Assembly (NCBI GenBank): GCA_019347895.1
Contig: JAHWKM010000002.1
Location: forward strand, 8,565 to 72,564
Reading direction: 5' to 3'
Source: Candidatus Parcubacteria bacterium
Lineage (GTDB): Bacteria > Patescibacteriota > Saccharimonadia > Saccharimonadales > 2-12-FULL-41-12
Length of the DNA: 64,000 bases
Shown: positions 35,613 to 43,939 of the stretch, piece after piece
How the letters are laid out: every line of letters starts with the position of its first letter
Numbering within the stretch: position 1 is the stretch's first letter
The notes under the pieces: generated by a model
The model's input: the letters and a program-made list of their open reading frames with translations, nothing else
What the model was told of the DNA's origin: nothing
The model's database searches: none
Program-made: the position numbers and the translations under genes

Positions 35613-36440
35613 ATGAGGGTATTTAATTTTAGTGCCGGCCCTGCAGTATTGCCGGAGCCGGTCTTGAAACAAGCCGCCGAAGAGATGCTGGACTGGCGTG
35701 GGCATGGTATGAACGTGATGGAAATGAGCCATCGTTCAAAAGAATTTATCGATATTGCCGCTGAAGCCGAAGCGGATCTGCGCGAGCTGATGGATATTCC
35801 GCTTAATTACCGGGTGCTTTTTTTGCAGGGCGGAGCTACCGGGCAATTCGCGGCCATTCCGATGAATATCACAAAGCCCGGCGATAAGGCAGACTACGCC
35901 ATCACCGGAAACTGGAGCAAAAAGGCCACGCAAGAAGCCAAAAAATATTTGGAAGTCAACGTAGCGGTAAAGACTGACGCGCATACTCACATCCCTAAAT
36001 TTGAAGATTGGGAATTTAGCAAGGACGCAAAATATGTCCACATTACGCCTAATGAAACTATTCATGGTGTAGCCTACAATCAATATCCAAACACAGGCGA
36101 CGTTCCGTTAATAGGCGACGTAAGTTCCATGATTCTTAGCCAGCCGATTGACGTCAGCAAATTTGCCGTACTCTACGCCGGCGCCCAAAAAAATATTGGA
36201 CCGGCCGGAATAACAGTCGTGATTATCCGGGAGGACTTGCTGGGACAAGCCCGCGAAGACACGCCGATAGAGCGTACTGTATCGACTGGCGGGTCAAGAT
36301 TAACTGTTTGGTCAATTCTTCTTGCTTCCTGCGCCTGCCGTTTACTTGCATTCGCAGCCAAATCTGTGGCTTGGGTGCCCACCTCACGCGCACACGCTCT
36401 GACCCGTCCTAGAATGTCACCGTATACTTCATCGCGATGA
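35613..36440 (+). pseudogene. serC: Phosphoserine aminotransferase, 3'-truncated (homology ends near 36268; ~140 aa missing)
   Basis: FSAGPAVLP, MEMSHRSKEF and YAGAQKNIGPAGITVVIIREDLLG, collinear with SerC up to ...EDTPI. The remaining 57 codons are unrelated and lie over a GC-rich segment. Confidence 0.7.
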
Positions 36441-36458
36441 GATCGTCTTATTTTTTCC

Positions 36459-36484
36459 ATTTGCATAATATATATTATGCAAAT
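36459..36484. promoter_or_regulatory. Perfect 26-nt palindrome ATTTGCATAATAT|ATATTATGCAAAT
   Basis: Read directly. Overlaps the putative start (36460 or 36466) of a short minus-strand ORF that replaces the serC 3' end. Confidence 0.4.
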
Positions 36485-36526
36485 GCCTGTAATCTGTAAA
36501 ATACACTACTGAAAGATAAAAAATAA

Positions 36527-37234
36527 CTAGCTAATCTTGGTACCGACGGGTTGGCCGCTTACGGCAGCCACGATATTGCCTTCTTTAAGCGCGTCAAAAA
36601 TAAGTATGGGGATTTCGTGCTCCATTGCCAGTGCCATGGCCGCCTTGTCCATGACTTTGATCGCCGGATTTTCGACTGCCTGCTGGTAAGTGAGGGAATC
36701 GTATTTTTTGGCATCAGGATTACTGGCAGGATCTTTATCATAAACTCCGTCAACTTTAGTCGCCTTAAGAACAATATTGCAGTCCAATTCCAGCGCCAGA
36801 TTAACTGCCGCAGTATCAGTGGTGACATAAGGGCGCCCAGTTCCGCCGGCCAGGATGCAGACGCGGTTTTTTTGCAAGTGCTTGTTAGCTAGACGGTGAA
36901 CAAATTTTTCGGCTACCTGGTCGGCAAAAATATTGCTCAGGCATCTGGTGGGTACGTTATTGTGCTCAAAGATATCAGTAATCGCCAAAGCATTTATCAT
37001 TGTTGCCAGCATACCCATGTGGTCGGCAGTGACACGATGGATCCCGCCGCCGGCTATCTGGGCGCCGCGGACCAAGTTGCCGCCGCCAACCATGATGACA
37101 ATTTGCTGTCCGTTGTCGACGATCTTTTTAACTTCCCGGGCCAGCCAGGTGGCGTGCTCGGTATCAAACCCGCTGTCATGCTTGCCAGTTAGCTGCTCGC
37201 CTGAAATTTTGAGAAGTACTCGTTTGTAAGCCAT
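36527..37234 (-). CDS. pyrH: UMP kinase
   Basis: 235 aa. LLKISGE, VGGGN, and TTDTAAVNLALE, a variant of the canonical pyrH motif. Confidence 0.9.
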   Translation of the reverse strand: MAYKRVLLKISGEQLTGKHDSGFDTEHATWLAREVKKIVDNGQQIVIMVGGGNLVRGAQIAGGGIHRVTADHMGMLATMINALAITDIFEHNNVPTRCLSNIFADQVAEKFVHRLANKHLQKNRVCILAGGTGRPYVTTDTAAVNLALELDCNIVLKATKVDGVYDKDPASNPDAKKYDSLTYQQAVENPAIKVMDKAAMALAMEHEIPILIFDALKEGNIVAAVSGQPVGTKIS

Positions 37235-37277
37235 TGAAACATAGTTTATCAGAAAACTTCGGTGTTACAATATTGAT

Positions 37278-38078
37278 ATGAAGATTTATTCGTGGAACGT
37301 TAACGGAATCCGCGCCGTACATAAGAAAAATTTATTTCTGCCCTTCATAGAGAAACATCGTCCAGACGTATTGTGTTTGCAAGAAACCAAGGCCCAGCAA
37401 GATCAAAGCGAAGTTGTCTTGCCTGACTATAAAGAATATTGGTATTCGGCTGAGAAGCCAGGTTATTCAGGCACCTCTATTTTCACCAAAGAAAACCCAA
37501 TCAGCATCGTAAATGGTTTCCCGAAAGATATTATTGAAAAATTTCAGGTAAGCGGGGACATATACGGCGACCCAAACAAAGAGGGAAGGGTTATTGCCGC
37601 AGAGTTTGCTAAGTTCTTCGTAGTGACAGTTTATACGCCCAATGCTAAAGATGATTTGTCGCGTGTATCCCTTCGGCACAAGCAATGGGACCCGGCGTTT
37701 TTGGCTTACGTCAAACAGCTGGAAAAGAAAAAACCGGTTATTTTTACCGGTGATTTAAATGTCGCCCATACAGAAGATGATTTAGCCCGGCCAAAACCAA
37801 ATAAAGGCAAAAAAGGCTTTACCGAAGAAGAGCGAGAAGGCTTCCAGAATTTTATCAACGCCGGATTTGTAGATACATTCAGGATTTTTACCAAAGGCAA
37901 CGGCCACTACACCTGGTGGACGCATTTTGCCAATGCCCGCGCCCGAAATGTCGGCTGGCGCATAGATTACATGCTTGTCAGCAAAAGCTTAAAAAACAAG
38001 GTTAAAAGCGCAAAGATTCACGCCGACGTCATGGGCTCAGACCACTGCCCAGTCAGTATCGAACTTGATTCGATATAG
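37278..38078 (+). CDS. xth: Exodeoxyribonuclease III (AP endonuclease)
   Basis: SWNVNGIRA, LQETK, GDLNVAH and SDHCPV motifs. Confidence 0.9.
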   Translation: MKIYSWNVNGIRAVHKKNLFLPFIEKHRPDVLCLQETKAQQDQSEVVLPDYKEYWYSAEKPGYSGTSIFTKENPISIVNGFPKDIIEKFQVSGDIYGDPNKEGRVIAAEFAKFFVVTVYTPNAKDDLSRVSLRHKQWDPAFLAYVKQLEKKKPVIFTGDLNVAHTEDDLARPKPNKGKKGFTEEEREGFQNFINAGFVDTFRIFTKGNGHYTWWTHFANARARNVGWRIDYMLVSKSLKNKVKSAKIHADVMGSDHCPVSIELDSI

Positions 38079-38127
38079 CAGCATGTAGCAACAGAAAACA
38101 GTAAAAACAGTAGGCTAGAACGAACCA

Positions 38128-38148
38128 TTGCAAGGCCGGGCCTTGCAA
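38128..38148. repeat. REP hairpin TTGCAAGG-CCGGG-CCTTGCAA (left flank of the RAYT gene)
   Basis: Perfect 8-bp stem. Its reverse complement equals the right-flank hairpin apart from one base. Confidence 0.7.
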
Positions 38149-38163
38149 AATAAGAATTATGGT

Positions 38164-38775
38164 CTAATAATCTGCCAGGTCGTATTTTATTTCATCAAGC
38201 ATACTTTTGTGCTCTTCATAGTCATTCAAAAATTCTAAGTAGTCAGTATCCTCCATCATTTCCGCGATGCGATTAGGCAACAACCATTCCGCCTGTCTTT
38301 CGCCCAGATAATAAGGCAGGCTGGAAAACTCCCACTGCCTCCATTGCCGGGGGTTTAAGTGAATATATCGGGAAATATGCTGCAAATAACCTTCGTTCAG
38401 TATGTGGCTTGCCTTGTATCGGTCTTGGAACAGCGGTCCAACACGTGTATATTTTTTATTAAAATAGGTGCTATAAGAACTGATTACCGCCAGCATCAGC
38501 TCTGTCAGCGCGTTTTTATCGTGGATATAAATTAATAAATGATAATGGTTTGGCATTAAGCAAAAAGCCAAAAGCTCTATTCTGCCATTCATGTGTGAAT
38601 ATTCGCGGCCAGAATCATCTTTGGTAGGCTTTTTACTCAGGTATCGCTTGAAAAGATTCAGAAAAACAGCATAGTCCTGCTCGTCGATGAATATCTTCCT
38701 CTTCTCAACGCCGCGATTATATACATGATAGAAAGAATCATCCGCATAAATTTTCAATCTGTTTCTGCTTGGCAT
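38164..38775 (-). CDS. IS200-like Y1 (HUH) transposase of the REP-associated tyrosine transposase (RAYT) type
   Basis: 203 aa. YHVYNRG, HUH motif PNHYHLL, catalytic Tyr context SRYIHLNP. Flanked by inverted REP hairpins. Confidence 0.8.
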   Translation of the reverse strand: MPSRNRLKIYADDSFYHVYNRGVEKRKIFIDEQDYAVFLNLFKRYLSKKPTKDDSGREYSHMNGRIELLAFCLMPNHYHLLIYIHDKNALTELMLAVISSYSTYFNKKYTRVGPLFQDRYKASHILNEGYLQHISRYIHLNPRQWRQWEFSSLPYYLGERQAEWLLPNRIAEMMEDTDYLEFLNDYEEHKSMLDEIKYDLADY

Positions 38776-38803
38776 ATATTTATATTACACAATATTTATC
38801 AAT

Positions 38804-38824
38804 TTGCGAGGCCCGGCCTTGCAA
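38804..38824. repeat. REP hairpin TTGCGAGG-CCCGG-CCTTGCAA (right flank of the RAYT gene, inverted orientation)
   Basis: See 38128-38148. Confidence 0.7.
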
Positions 38825-38845
38825 ATGTGGTAGGATGAAGAAGGT

Positions 38846-39568
38846 ATGAGGAAGTTTGCGGTTTTTGATTTTGACGGGACGTTAGTCCGGTGGCAGCTTT
38901 ATCATGCTATTGTCGACCAGCTGGCTAAGGCTGGCTGGGTAGATGAAAAATCTTATCGAGATGTTAAGGACGCACGGCTAAGATGGAAAACCCGTGAGTC
39001 CCAAGATGCCTTTAAGGATTACGAGAAGCGCTTAATAGAATGTTACGAAAAGACTTTGCCCAAACTTACTGCAGATAAATTAGAATCAGCAATCAACAAA
39101 GTTTTTGACGAACACAAACAGCAAGTTTATGTTTATTCGCGAAACTTATTGAGTGAGCTGAAAGATAAAGGTTATTTCCTGATCGCTATTTCCGGCTCTC
39201 ATCGTGAAGTTGTTGAGCTAATTGCTAAACATTATGGTTTTGATGATTGGGTGGGCACGAAGTATGAGAAAATCGAGGGTAAATTTACCGGCAAATATCA
39301 GCTGGCTGCCGCCGAAAAAGACATAATTTTAAATAAATTAATACATGAACATGACTTAAAGTTGGAAGAAAGCATAGGTGTAGGCGACAGTGAAAGTGAC
39401 ATACCAATGCTGGAGCTAGTAGAAAACCCGATCGCCTTTAACCCTTCGGAAAAATTATTCAACCATGCAAAATCCAAAGGCTGGAAAATCGTCGTTGAGC
39501 GCAAAAACGTAGTTTACGAATTAGAAAATGTTGACAGAAACCAGAAAAATGTCTATCATTTGTCCTGA
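38846..39568 (+). CDS. HAD-IB family hydrolase (SerB-like phosphatase family)
   Basis: FAVFDFDGTL (motif I), ISGS (motif II), GVGDSESDIPML (motif IV). Confidence 0.7.
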   Translation: MRKFAVFDFDGTLVRWQLYHAIVDQLAKAGWVDEKSYRDVKDARLRWKTRESQDAFKDYEKRLIECYEKTLPKLTADKLESAINKVFDEHKQQVYVYSRNLLSELKDKGYFLIAISGSHREVVELIAKHYGFDDWVGTKYEKIEGKFTGKYQLAAAEKDIILNKLIHEHDLKLEESIGVGDSESDIPMLELVENPIAFNPSEKLFNHAKSKGWKIVVERKNVVYELENVDRNQKNVYHLS

Positions 39569-39689
39569 TATGATTTCAACCATTCAGAAGCAGCTGGATT
39601 TACTCCTCCTCGGCCTTAACAGGCTGTGCTTCAAATTGGTTGAAGCTTCGCGTAACTACTAAATACGCCAAGCGCAGTCCAAACCAAGC

Positions 39690-39713
39690 AAGCTTCGACC
39701 GACGAAGCTTTTT
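39690..39713 (+). terminator. Rho-independent terminator-like hairpin
   Basis: AAGCTTCG-ACCGA-CGAAGCTT followed by TTT. Confidence 0.5.
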
Positions 39714-39735
39714 AAATTTAAAAAGGAAATTATAT

Positions 39736-40014
39736 ATGTCAGTTACAGAACCAGGACCGGAAATAAAATTTGACAGCGGTTATGGCAACGAATACAGAGA
39801 TCACGGGCAAGCCCTTGCAGCTTGCACGACGGAAGCAGCAAGGAAGGAAAGAGACCTTGCTTTTGCGCACCAGCTTGCGGAGAGTATCGAAAGGATGGGT
39901 GAAGGCTCCCGCACAGTAGCAGACTGCAAGGTTTCCGTTGAAATGGCAGGTGAACGCGTGCAAATGACAGCCGGACAGTACGCGGCCTATCTGGCTGAGA
40001 TTTCTATGGGATAG
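39736..40014 (+). CDS. Hypothetical protein (92 aa)
   Basis: ATG at 39736 after AAAGGAAA. The ORF-track start at 39640 is upstream of the terminator-like hairpin and is unlikely. Confidence 0.4.
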   Translation: MSVTEPGPEIKFDSGYGNEYRDHGQALAACTTEAARKERDLAFAHQLAESIERMGEGSRTVADCKVSVEMAGERVQMTAGQYAAYLAEISMG

Positions 40015-40047
40015 TATTATTTGACAATAAAAACCGAAAGTGAAACA

Positions 40048-40110
40048 ATGACTGCCGTGAGAAAGCAGATAATTATTATTGGAATTATTGACTCTCCGCA
40101 TAGCGGCTAG
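40048..40110 (+). CDS. Ile-rich leader peptide (MTAVRKQIIIIGIIDSPHSG)
   Basis: 6 Ile in 7 consecutive codons (ATA ATT ATT ATT GGA ATT ATT). Its 3' end is homologous to the second leader. Followed by a hairpin plus T-run at 40137-40160. Confidence 0.55.
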   Translation: MTAVRKQIIIIGIIDSPHSG

Positions 40111-40136
40111 CTTACGTATTCGACAAAGAATAATAG

Positions 40137-40160
40137 CTTCCGTCAAAAGCGGGAGTTTTT
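40137..40160 (+). terminator. Weak attenuator terminator (CTTCCG-N7-CGGGAG + TTTTT)
   Basis: Read directly. Shares the GCGGGAGTTTTTAATT ending with 40776-40791. Confidence 0.4.
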
Positions 40161-40179
40161 AATTGAAAAATTAAGAAAT

Positions 40180-40659
40180 ATGACATCAGCAGTTTTACTT
40201 CAAGAAAGCAAAGAGGAAAGACATGAAAAACCTCTTGAGAAGATAGGTAGCATCGATTTGATCCAACAAAGAGAATTTATGGGTGTATTCTTTGCGAAAT
40301 CGGCTGCTGACCACTATTTCAAACATCTCCCTAAAGATTCAAGTTCTCGTTTTCAAGAAACAGTTCTCGACCTATTTACTGCTGACCATGACGACCTTGA
40401 TCTCGGAGAAATAAGAGAGGCGTTTGTAGCTGGTTTGTGGGAACAAGGTTTCAAGCTTAAGGTAGTAAATGAGCAGTTATGCTATGCACCGGATAGAATA
40501 AATGGCGGCTTCACGCTGGAAATTAATCCTGTGGTAGTTTTCGATAGACTAGTTAGTGATGGTCTGAGCGCTTTAACAAATCCGTACGCAGCAGAAGAAT
40601 TAAGTGAGCTTTACGGACAAATAGAAAATTTTCAGCAACTTAATATTGACAATTTATAG
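40180..40659 (+). CDS. Hypothetical protein (159 aa) downstream of the first Ile leader
   Basis: ORF only. No SD and no recognisable motif. Confidence 0.4.
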   Translation: MTSAVLLQESKEERHEKPLEKIGSIDLIQQREFMGVFFAKSAADHYFKHLPKDSSSRFQETVLDLFTADHDDLDLGEIREAFVAGLWEQGFKLKVVNEQLCYAPDRINGGFTLEINPVVVFDRLVSDGLSALTNPYAAEELSELYGQIENFQQLNIDNL

Positions 40660-40681
40660 AGCTAATGAGAGAATAAAATTC

Positions 40682-40735
40682 ATGAGCAAGCAAATCATTG
40701 TGAATGTGATTATTCTCCCCGGCAATAGCGGGTAG
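40682..40735 (+). CDS. Ile/Val-rich leader peptide (MSKQIIVNVIILPGNSG) of the ridA-ilvA operon
   Basis: 4 Ile, 2 Val and 1 Leu in 8 codons. AGCGGG (40727-40732) can pair with CCCGCT (40765-40770) as an antiterminator, competing with the terminator. Confidence 0.65.
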   Translation: MSKQIIVNVIILPGNSG

Positions 40736-40759
40736 ATTTGCTTTTTTATTAAAACGCGA

Positions 40760-40788
40760 AACTCCCGCTAAATAAGCGGGAGTTTTTA
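40760..40788 (+). terminator. Attenuator terminator (CTCCCGC-TAAATAA-GCGGGAG + TTTTT)
   Basis: Perfect 7-bp GC-rich stem and a T5 run, 38 nt before ridA. Confidence 0.7.
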
Positions 40789-40826
40789 ATTTAAGGAGAT
40801 AACCGTGTACTCACAGGTGTTGGAGT

Positions 40827-41201
40827 ATGAGTGCCTTCGGACCATATTCTGCCATTAGGCAGGCGGGTGATTTATATTTTGTTTCAGGACAGGTTGGCGT
40901 TGATTCGGATAGCAAAGAATCTTCTGGATCGATAGAAGAACAAACTCGTCAAGCGCTTAAAAACCTCAAAAACGTGCTTGAAAGCGCCGGTTTGTCGCTT
41001 GGGAATGTGGTCAAAACGACGGTATTTCTGCGAAATATGGATGACTTTGAGTCTGTAAATGAAATTTATTCATCCTATTTCGCCGGGATACCGCCAGCCC
41101 GGTCCTGTGTGGCTGTTTCTGAATTACCGAAAGTCAGTAACAATACAATTTTAATCGAAATAGAAGCGGTGGCCTACAAGAAAAATGGACATAGCTCTTA
41201 A
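40827..41201 (+). CDS. ridA: RidA/YjgF-family reactive enamine/imine deaminase
   Basis: 124 aa. YSAIRQAGDLYFVSGQVG, TTVFL and PARSCVAVSELP motifs. Confidence 0.85.
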   Translation: MSAFGPYSAIRQAGDLYFVSGQVGVDSDSKESSGSIEEQTRQALKNLKNVLESAGLSLGNVVKTTVFLRNMDDFESVNEIYSSYFAGIPPARSCVAVSELPKVSNNTILIEIEAVAYKKNGHSS

Positions 41202-42681
41202 GGACACATTGCTGGCAAAAGTTTATGATGTGGCCATTGAGTCGCCGTTGGAACATGCCCCAAAATTATCCGAGGTCATGGATAATAATGTTTATCTAAA
41301 ACGCGAAGACTTGCAGCCGGTTAAGTCATTTAAGCTGCGCGGCGCGTACAATAAAATTGCTCACTTGTCGGAGTCGGAAAAGAAAAAAGGAATCATTTGC
41401 TCCAGCGCAGGCAACCATGCGCAGGGCGTGGCGCTAAGCGCTAAAAAACTCGGTATCGACGCGTTGATAGTCATGCCAAGTACGACGCCGGATATCAAGA
41501 TAGAAGCCGTCAAAAGCTACGGGGTTAGCGTAGAGCTTTACGGCAACAGCTATTCAGAAACTTCCGCCCGCTTACAAAAACTAACTAAGGAAACCGGGCG
41601 GATTTTAATCCACCCGTTTGACGATCCGCTGGTAATCGCAGGCCAGGGCACCGTAGCCCGTGAAATTTTAGAACAGCTGCCTAATGTGGATTATATCTTT
41701 GTACCGATTGGCGGTGGCGGTTTAATAGCCGGAGTTGCCCAATATATTAAATTGATCGAACCAAGTATCAAAATAATAGGCGTAGAATCAACCGACAGCA
41801 ATTCCATGGAATTATCGCTTAAAGCTAAAAAACGGGTGGAGTTAGAGCACGTAGGTATTTTTGCCGACGGGGTGGCCGTAAAGCAAGTTGGTAAAAATAC
41901 CTTCAAAATAGCTAGTAAATTCGTTGACGAAGTAATGACCGTCTCGACCGACCAGACATGTGCCGCTATTAAAAGCATCTTTGAGCAAACTCGCGGCATT
42001 GTCGAACCTGCCGGCGCCCTTGGTCTAGCCGGACTTGAAAACTACGTTAAGCGCAACAATCTAAAAGATAAAAATATGGTAGCGATTTGCTCAGGCGCCA
42101 ATATGAGTTTTGAAAGATTGCAGTTTATAGCCGAAAGAACATTGGTAGGTTCAGGCCGGGAAGCACTGTTTTGTGTGACAATGCCTGAAAAACCGGGCGC
42201 GCTGCAGATTTTTTGCGACAAGGTCGTCAACGGCTATAGCATCACCGAATTTAATTACAGGCTAAACAAACGCAAGGAAGCTAATATTTTCGCGGGAATT
42301 AAGGTCGGAGACGAAAGTCATAAGTCAGCTTTCATGAAACAGATGGAAAAGTACGGCTATAAATACATAGACCTGAGCGATGACGAGCTCGCCAAAGACC
42401 ATGTGCGCCACATGATAGGCGGGCCAAGCGAGGCGGCAAAAAATGAAGTCTTATATGAAATAATCTTCCCTGAAAAACCGGGCGCATTGGCTGGTTTTTT
42501 AAAAAACCTGGGAGCCTTTTCCAATATAAGTCTGTTTCATTACCGCGGCGTCGGGGCTGACGTCGGCAAGGTCTTAGTGGGCTTTGAAACAACAGATATC
42601 GAGAGCTTAGAGAATATATTTATAAAAAGTAAGATAGATTTTTCTAGAGTTAAGTCCGCCAGCGCTGGTGTTTTCCTGTAA
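41185..42681 (+). CDS. ilvA: Biosynthetic threonine ammonia-lyase (threonine dehydratase) with two C-terminal regulatory domains
   Basis: 498 aa. PLP-Lys motif SFKLRGAYN, SAGNHAQG, GGGGLIAG. Duplicated ACT-like C-terminus. Confidence 0.9.
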   Translation: MDIALKDTLLAKVYDVAIESPLEHAPKLSEVMDNNVYLKREDLQPVKSFKLRGAYNKIAHLSESEKKKGIICSSAGNHAQGVALSAKKLGIDALIVMPSTTPDIKIEAVKSYGVSVELYGNSYSETSARLQKLTKETGRILIHPFDDPLVIAGQGTVAREILEQLPNVDYIFVPIGGGGLIAGVAQYIKLIEPSIKIIGVESTDSNSMELSLKAKKRVELEHVGIFADGVAVKQVGKNTFKIASKFVDEVMTVSTDQTCAAIKSIFEQTRGIVEPAGALGLAGLENYVKRNNLKDKNMVAICSGANMSFERLQFIAERTLVGSGREALFCVTMPEKPGALQIFCDKVVNGYSITEFNYRLNKRKEANIFAGIKVGDESHKSAFMKQMEKYGYKYIDLSDDELAKDHVRHMIGGPSEAAKNEVLYEIIFPEKPGALAGFLKNLGAFSNISLFHYRGVGADVGKVLVGFETTDIESLENIFIKSKIDFSRVKSASAGVFL

Positions 42682-42693
42682 TATAAGTAAGGA

Positions 42694-43779
42694 ATGATTA
42701 AAACTGAAGAAGACTACTTGAAGGATTTAGTGGGGTTTGCTTCGGTTTCAGGGGATATCAGTGAGTCTAAAAAATGTGCTCAATACTGCGCCAACTTCTT
42801 TGAAGATAAAGGACTGCTAACCCATATTTTAGAATACGAAGGTTATCCAAGCATTATTGCGACGACTAAAAATACAAAACAACCCAAGATACTTTTATAT
42901 TGCCACCTCGATATTGTACCCGGCAAACCCGAGCTCTTTATAATGAAAAAAACTGACGGAAAACTAAAGGGCCGCGGCGTTTTTGATATGAAGTTCGCTT
43001 GTGCCAGCTATATGAAAATTATCGACAGGCTGGGTAGTGAAGTGAAGAATTATGATTTTGGCGTTATGCTGGTTTTTGATGAAGAAATTGGCGGCCATAA
43101 CGGAACTGAAGCTTTGCTTAATAATGGCTTTGGCTGCAAAGCGTGCATCCTGCCGGACTCTGGACAGGATTGGAATATAGAATGCAATGCCAAAGGCGCT
43201 TGGTTTTTGCGCGTTTCTAAAGCTGGCAAAAATGCCCACGCGTCCGTCCCGTTTGAAGGAATCAACGCGGCAGAATTATTACTTCCCGTGGTTAGTAAAA
43301 TTCTAGAGCTCAGAGACAGCTATAAATACGAAGATCTATCACTCAACCTTACAAAAAATTTTTCGGGAGCGGCCATGAACCAAATCCCTGATTACGCGGA
43401 AGTAATTTTCGACATTCGATATAGGGATGAGTCGATATTAAAACAAATTCGCCGGCAGATTGGTCAAATTTGCACCGAAAATGACGCAAAGCTCGAAACA
43501 GTTGAGATAGGCAAGTGCATGAATGTGGATAAGGACAATGAGTACGTAAAAAAGTTTATACCTATTGCCGAAAAAGTTCTAGGCAGAAAAATAAAGCACG
43601 CTGACTCAGCCGGGTCAACCGACGGCAGGTATTTTGGAAGCAAAGGGATACCCTGTATAGTGATCCAGCCCAGGGGCGGAAACAGACACGGCGACGATGA
43701 ATGGATTGAGACAGGCGGAATGGAAAAACTTACGGAGATGATCTTGCAATTTATTAAACAATATGCAAAAATAAGCTAG
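42694..43779 (+). CDS. M20-family metallopeptidase (ArgE/DapE/ACY1 family)
   Basis: LLYCHLDIVPG, GRGVFDMK and VFDEEIGG metal-ligand motifs. Confidence 0.7.
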   Translation: MIKTEEDYLKDLVGFASVSGDISESKKCAQYCANFFEDKGLLTHILEYEGYPSIIATTKNTKQPKILLYCHLDIVPGKPELFIMKKTDGKLKGRGVFDMKFACASYMKIIDRLGSEVKNYDFGVMLVFDEEIGGHNGTEALLNNGFGCKACILPDSGQDWNIECNAKGAWFLRVSKAGKNAHASVPFEGINAAELLLPVVSKILELRDSYKYEDLSLNLTKNFSGAAMNQIPDYAEVIFDIRYRDESILKQIRRQIGQICTENDAKLETVEIGKCMNVDKDNEYVKKFIPIAEKVLGRKIKHADSAGSTDGRYFGSKGIPCIVIQPRGGNRHGDDEWIETGGMEKLTEMILQFIKQYAKIS

Positions 43780-43781
43780 TA

Positions 43782-43847
43782 ATGATGCGCGTACTCCAAT
43801 TTTGGTTTAGCAACTATACTTTTGCCCGCCGGGCAGCAGTTGCTTAA
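43782..43847 (+). CDS. Aromatic-rich leader peptide (MMRVLQFWFSNYTFARRAAVA) upstream of DAHP synthase
   Basis: F-W-F-x-x-Y-x-F: 5 aromatic codons in 8. Starts 2 nt after the upstream stop. Followed by a terminator at 43888-43914. Confidence 0.5.
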   Translation: MMRVLQFWFSNYTFARRAAVA

Positions 43848-43887
43848 GCATGCGTTTTTAAATAAAGAAAAACAAAAAAGCAAACAG

Positions 43888-43914
43888 CGCTCGGTAAATA
43901 TGCCGGGCGTTTTT
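43888..43914 (+). terminator. Attenuator terminator (CGCTCGG-N8-CCGGGCG + TTTTT)
   Basis: 7-bp stem with one G-U pair and a T5 run, 26 nt before the DAHP synthase start. The ending GTTTTTAATTTAAGG is shared with 40782-40796. Confidence 0.55.
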
Positions 43915-43939
43915 AATTTAAGGCTAAAAAGGATATTAA

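Noticed and set aside
36896-37229. ORFs 36896-37192 and 36933-37229 (+), and similar long antisense ORFs inside fbp (15626-15973), guaA, purA, tkt, otsA and the ABC genes.
   Set aside because: They are antisense to genes with strong motif support and have no independent evidence.
39739-40146. ORF 39739-40146 (-), 135 aa.
   Set aside because: It is antisense to the 92-aa ORF and to the first Ile leader/attenuator. It has no SD and a Cys/Arg-rich low-complexity composition typical of shadow frames.
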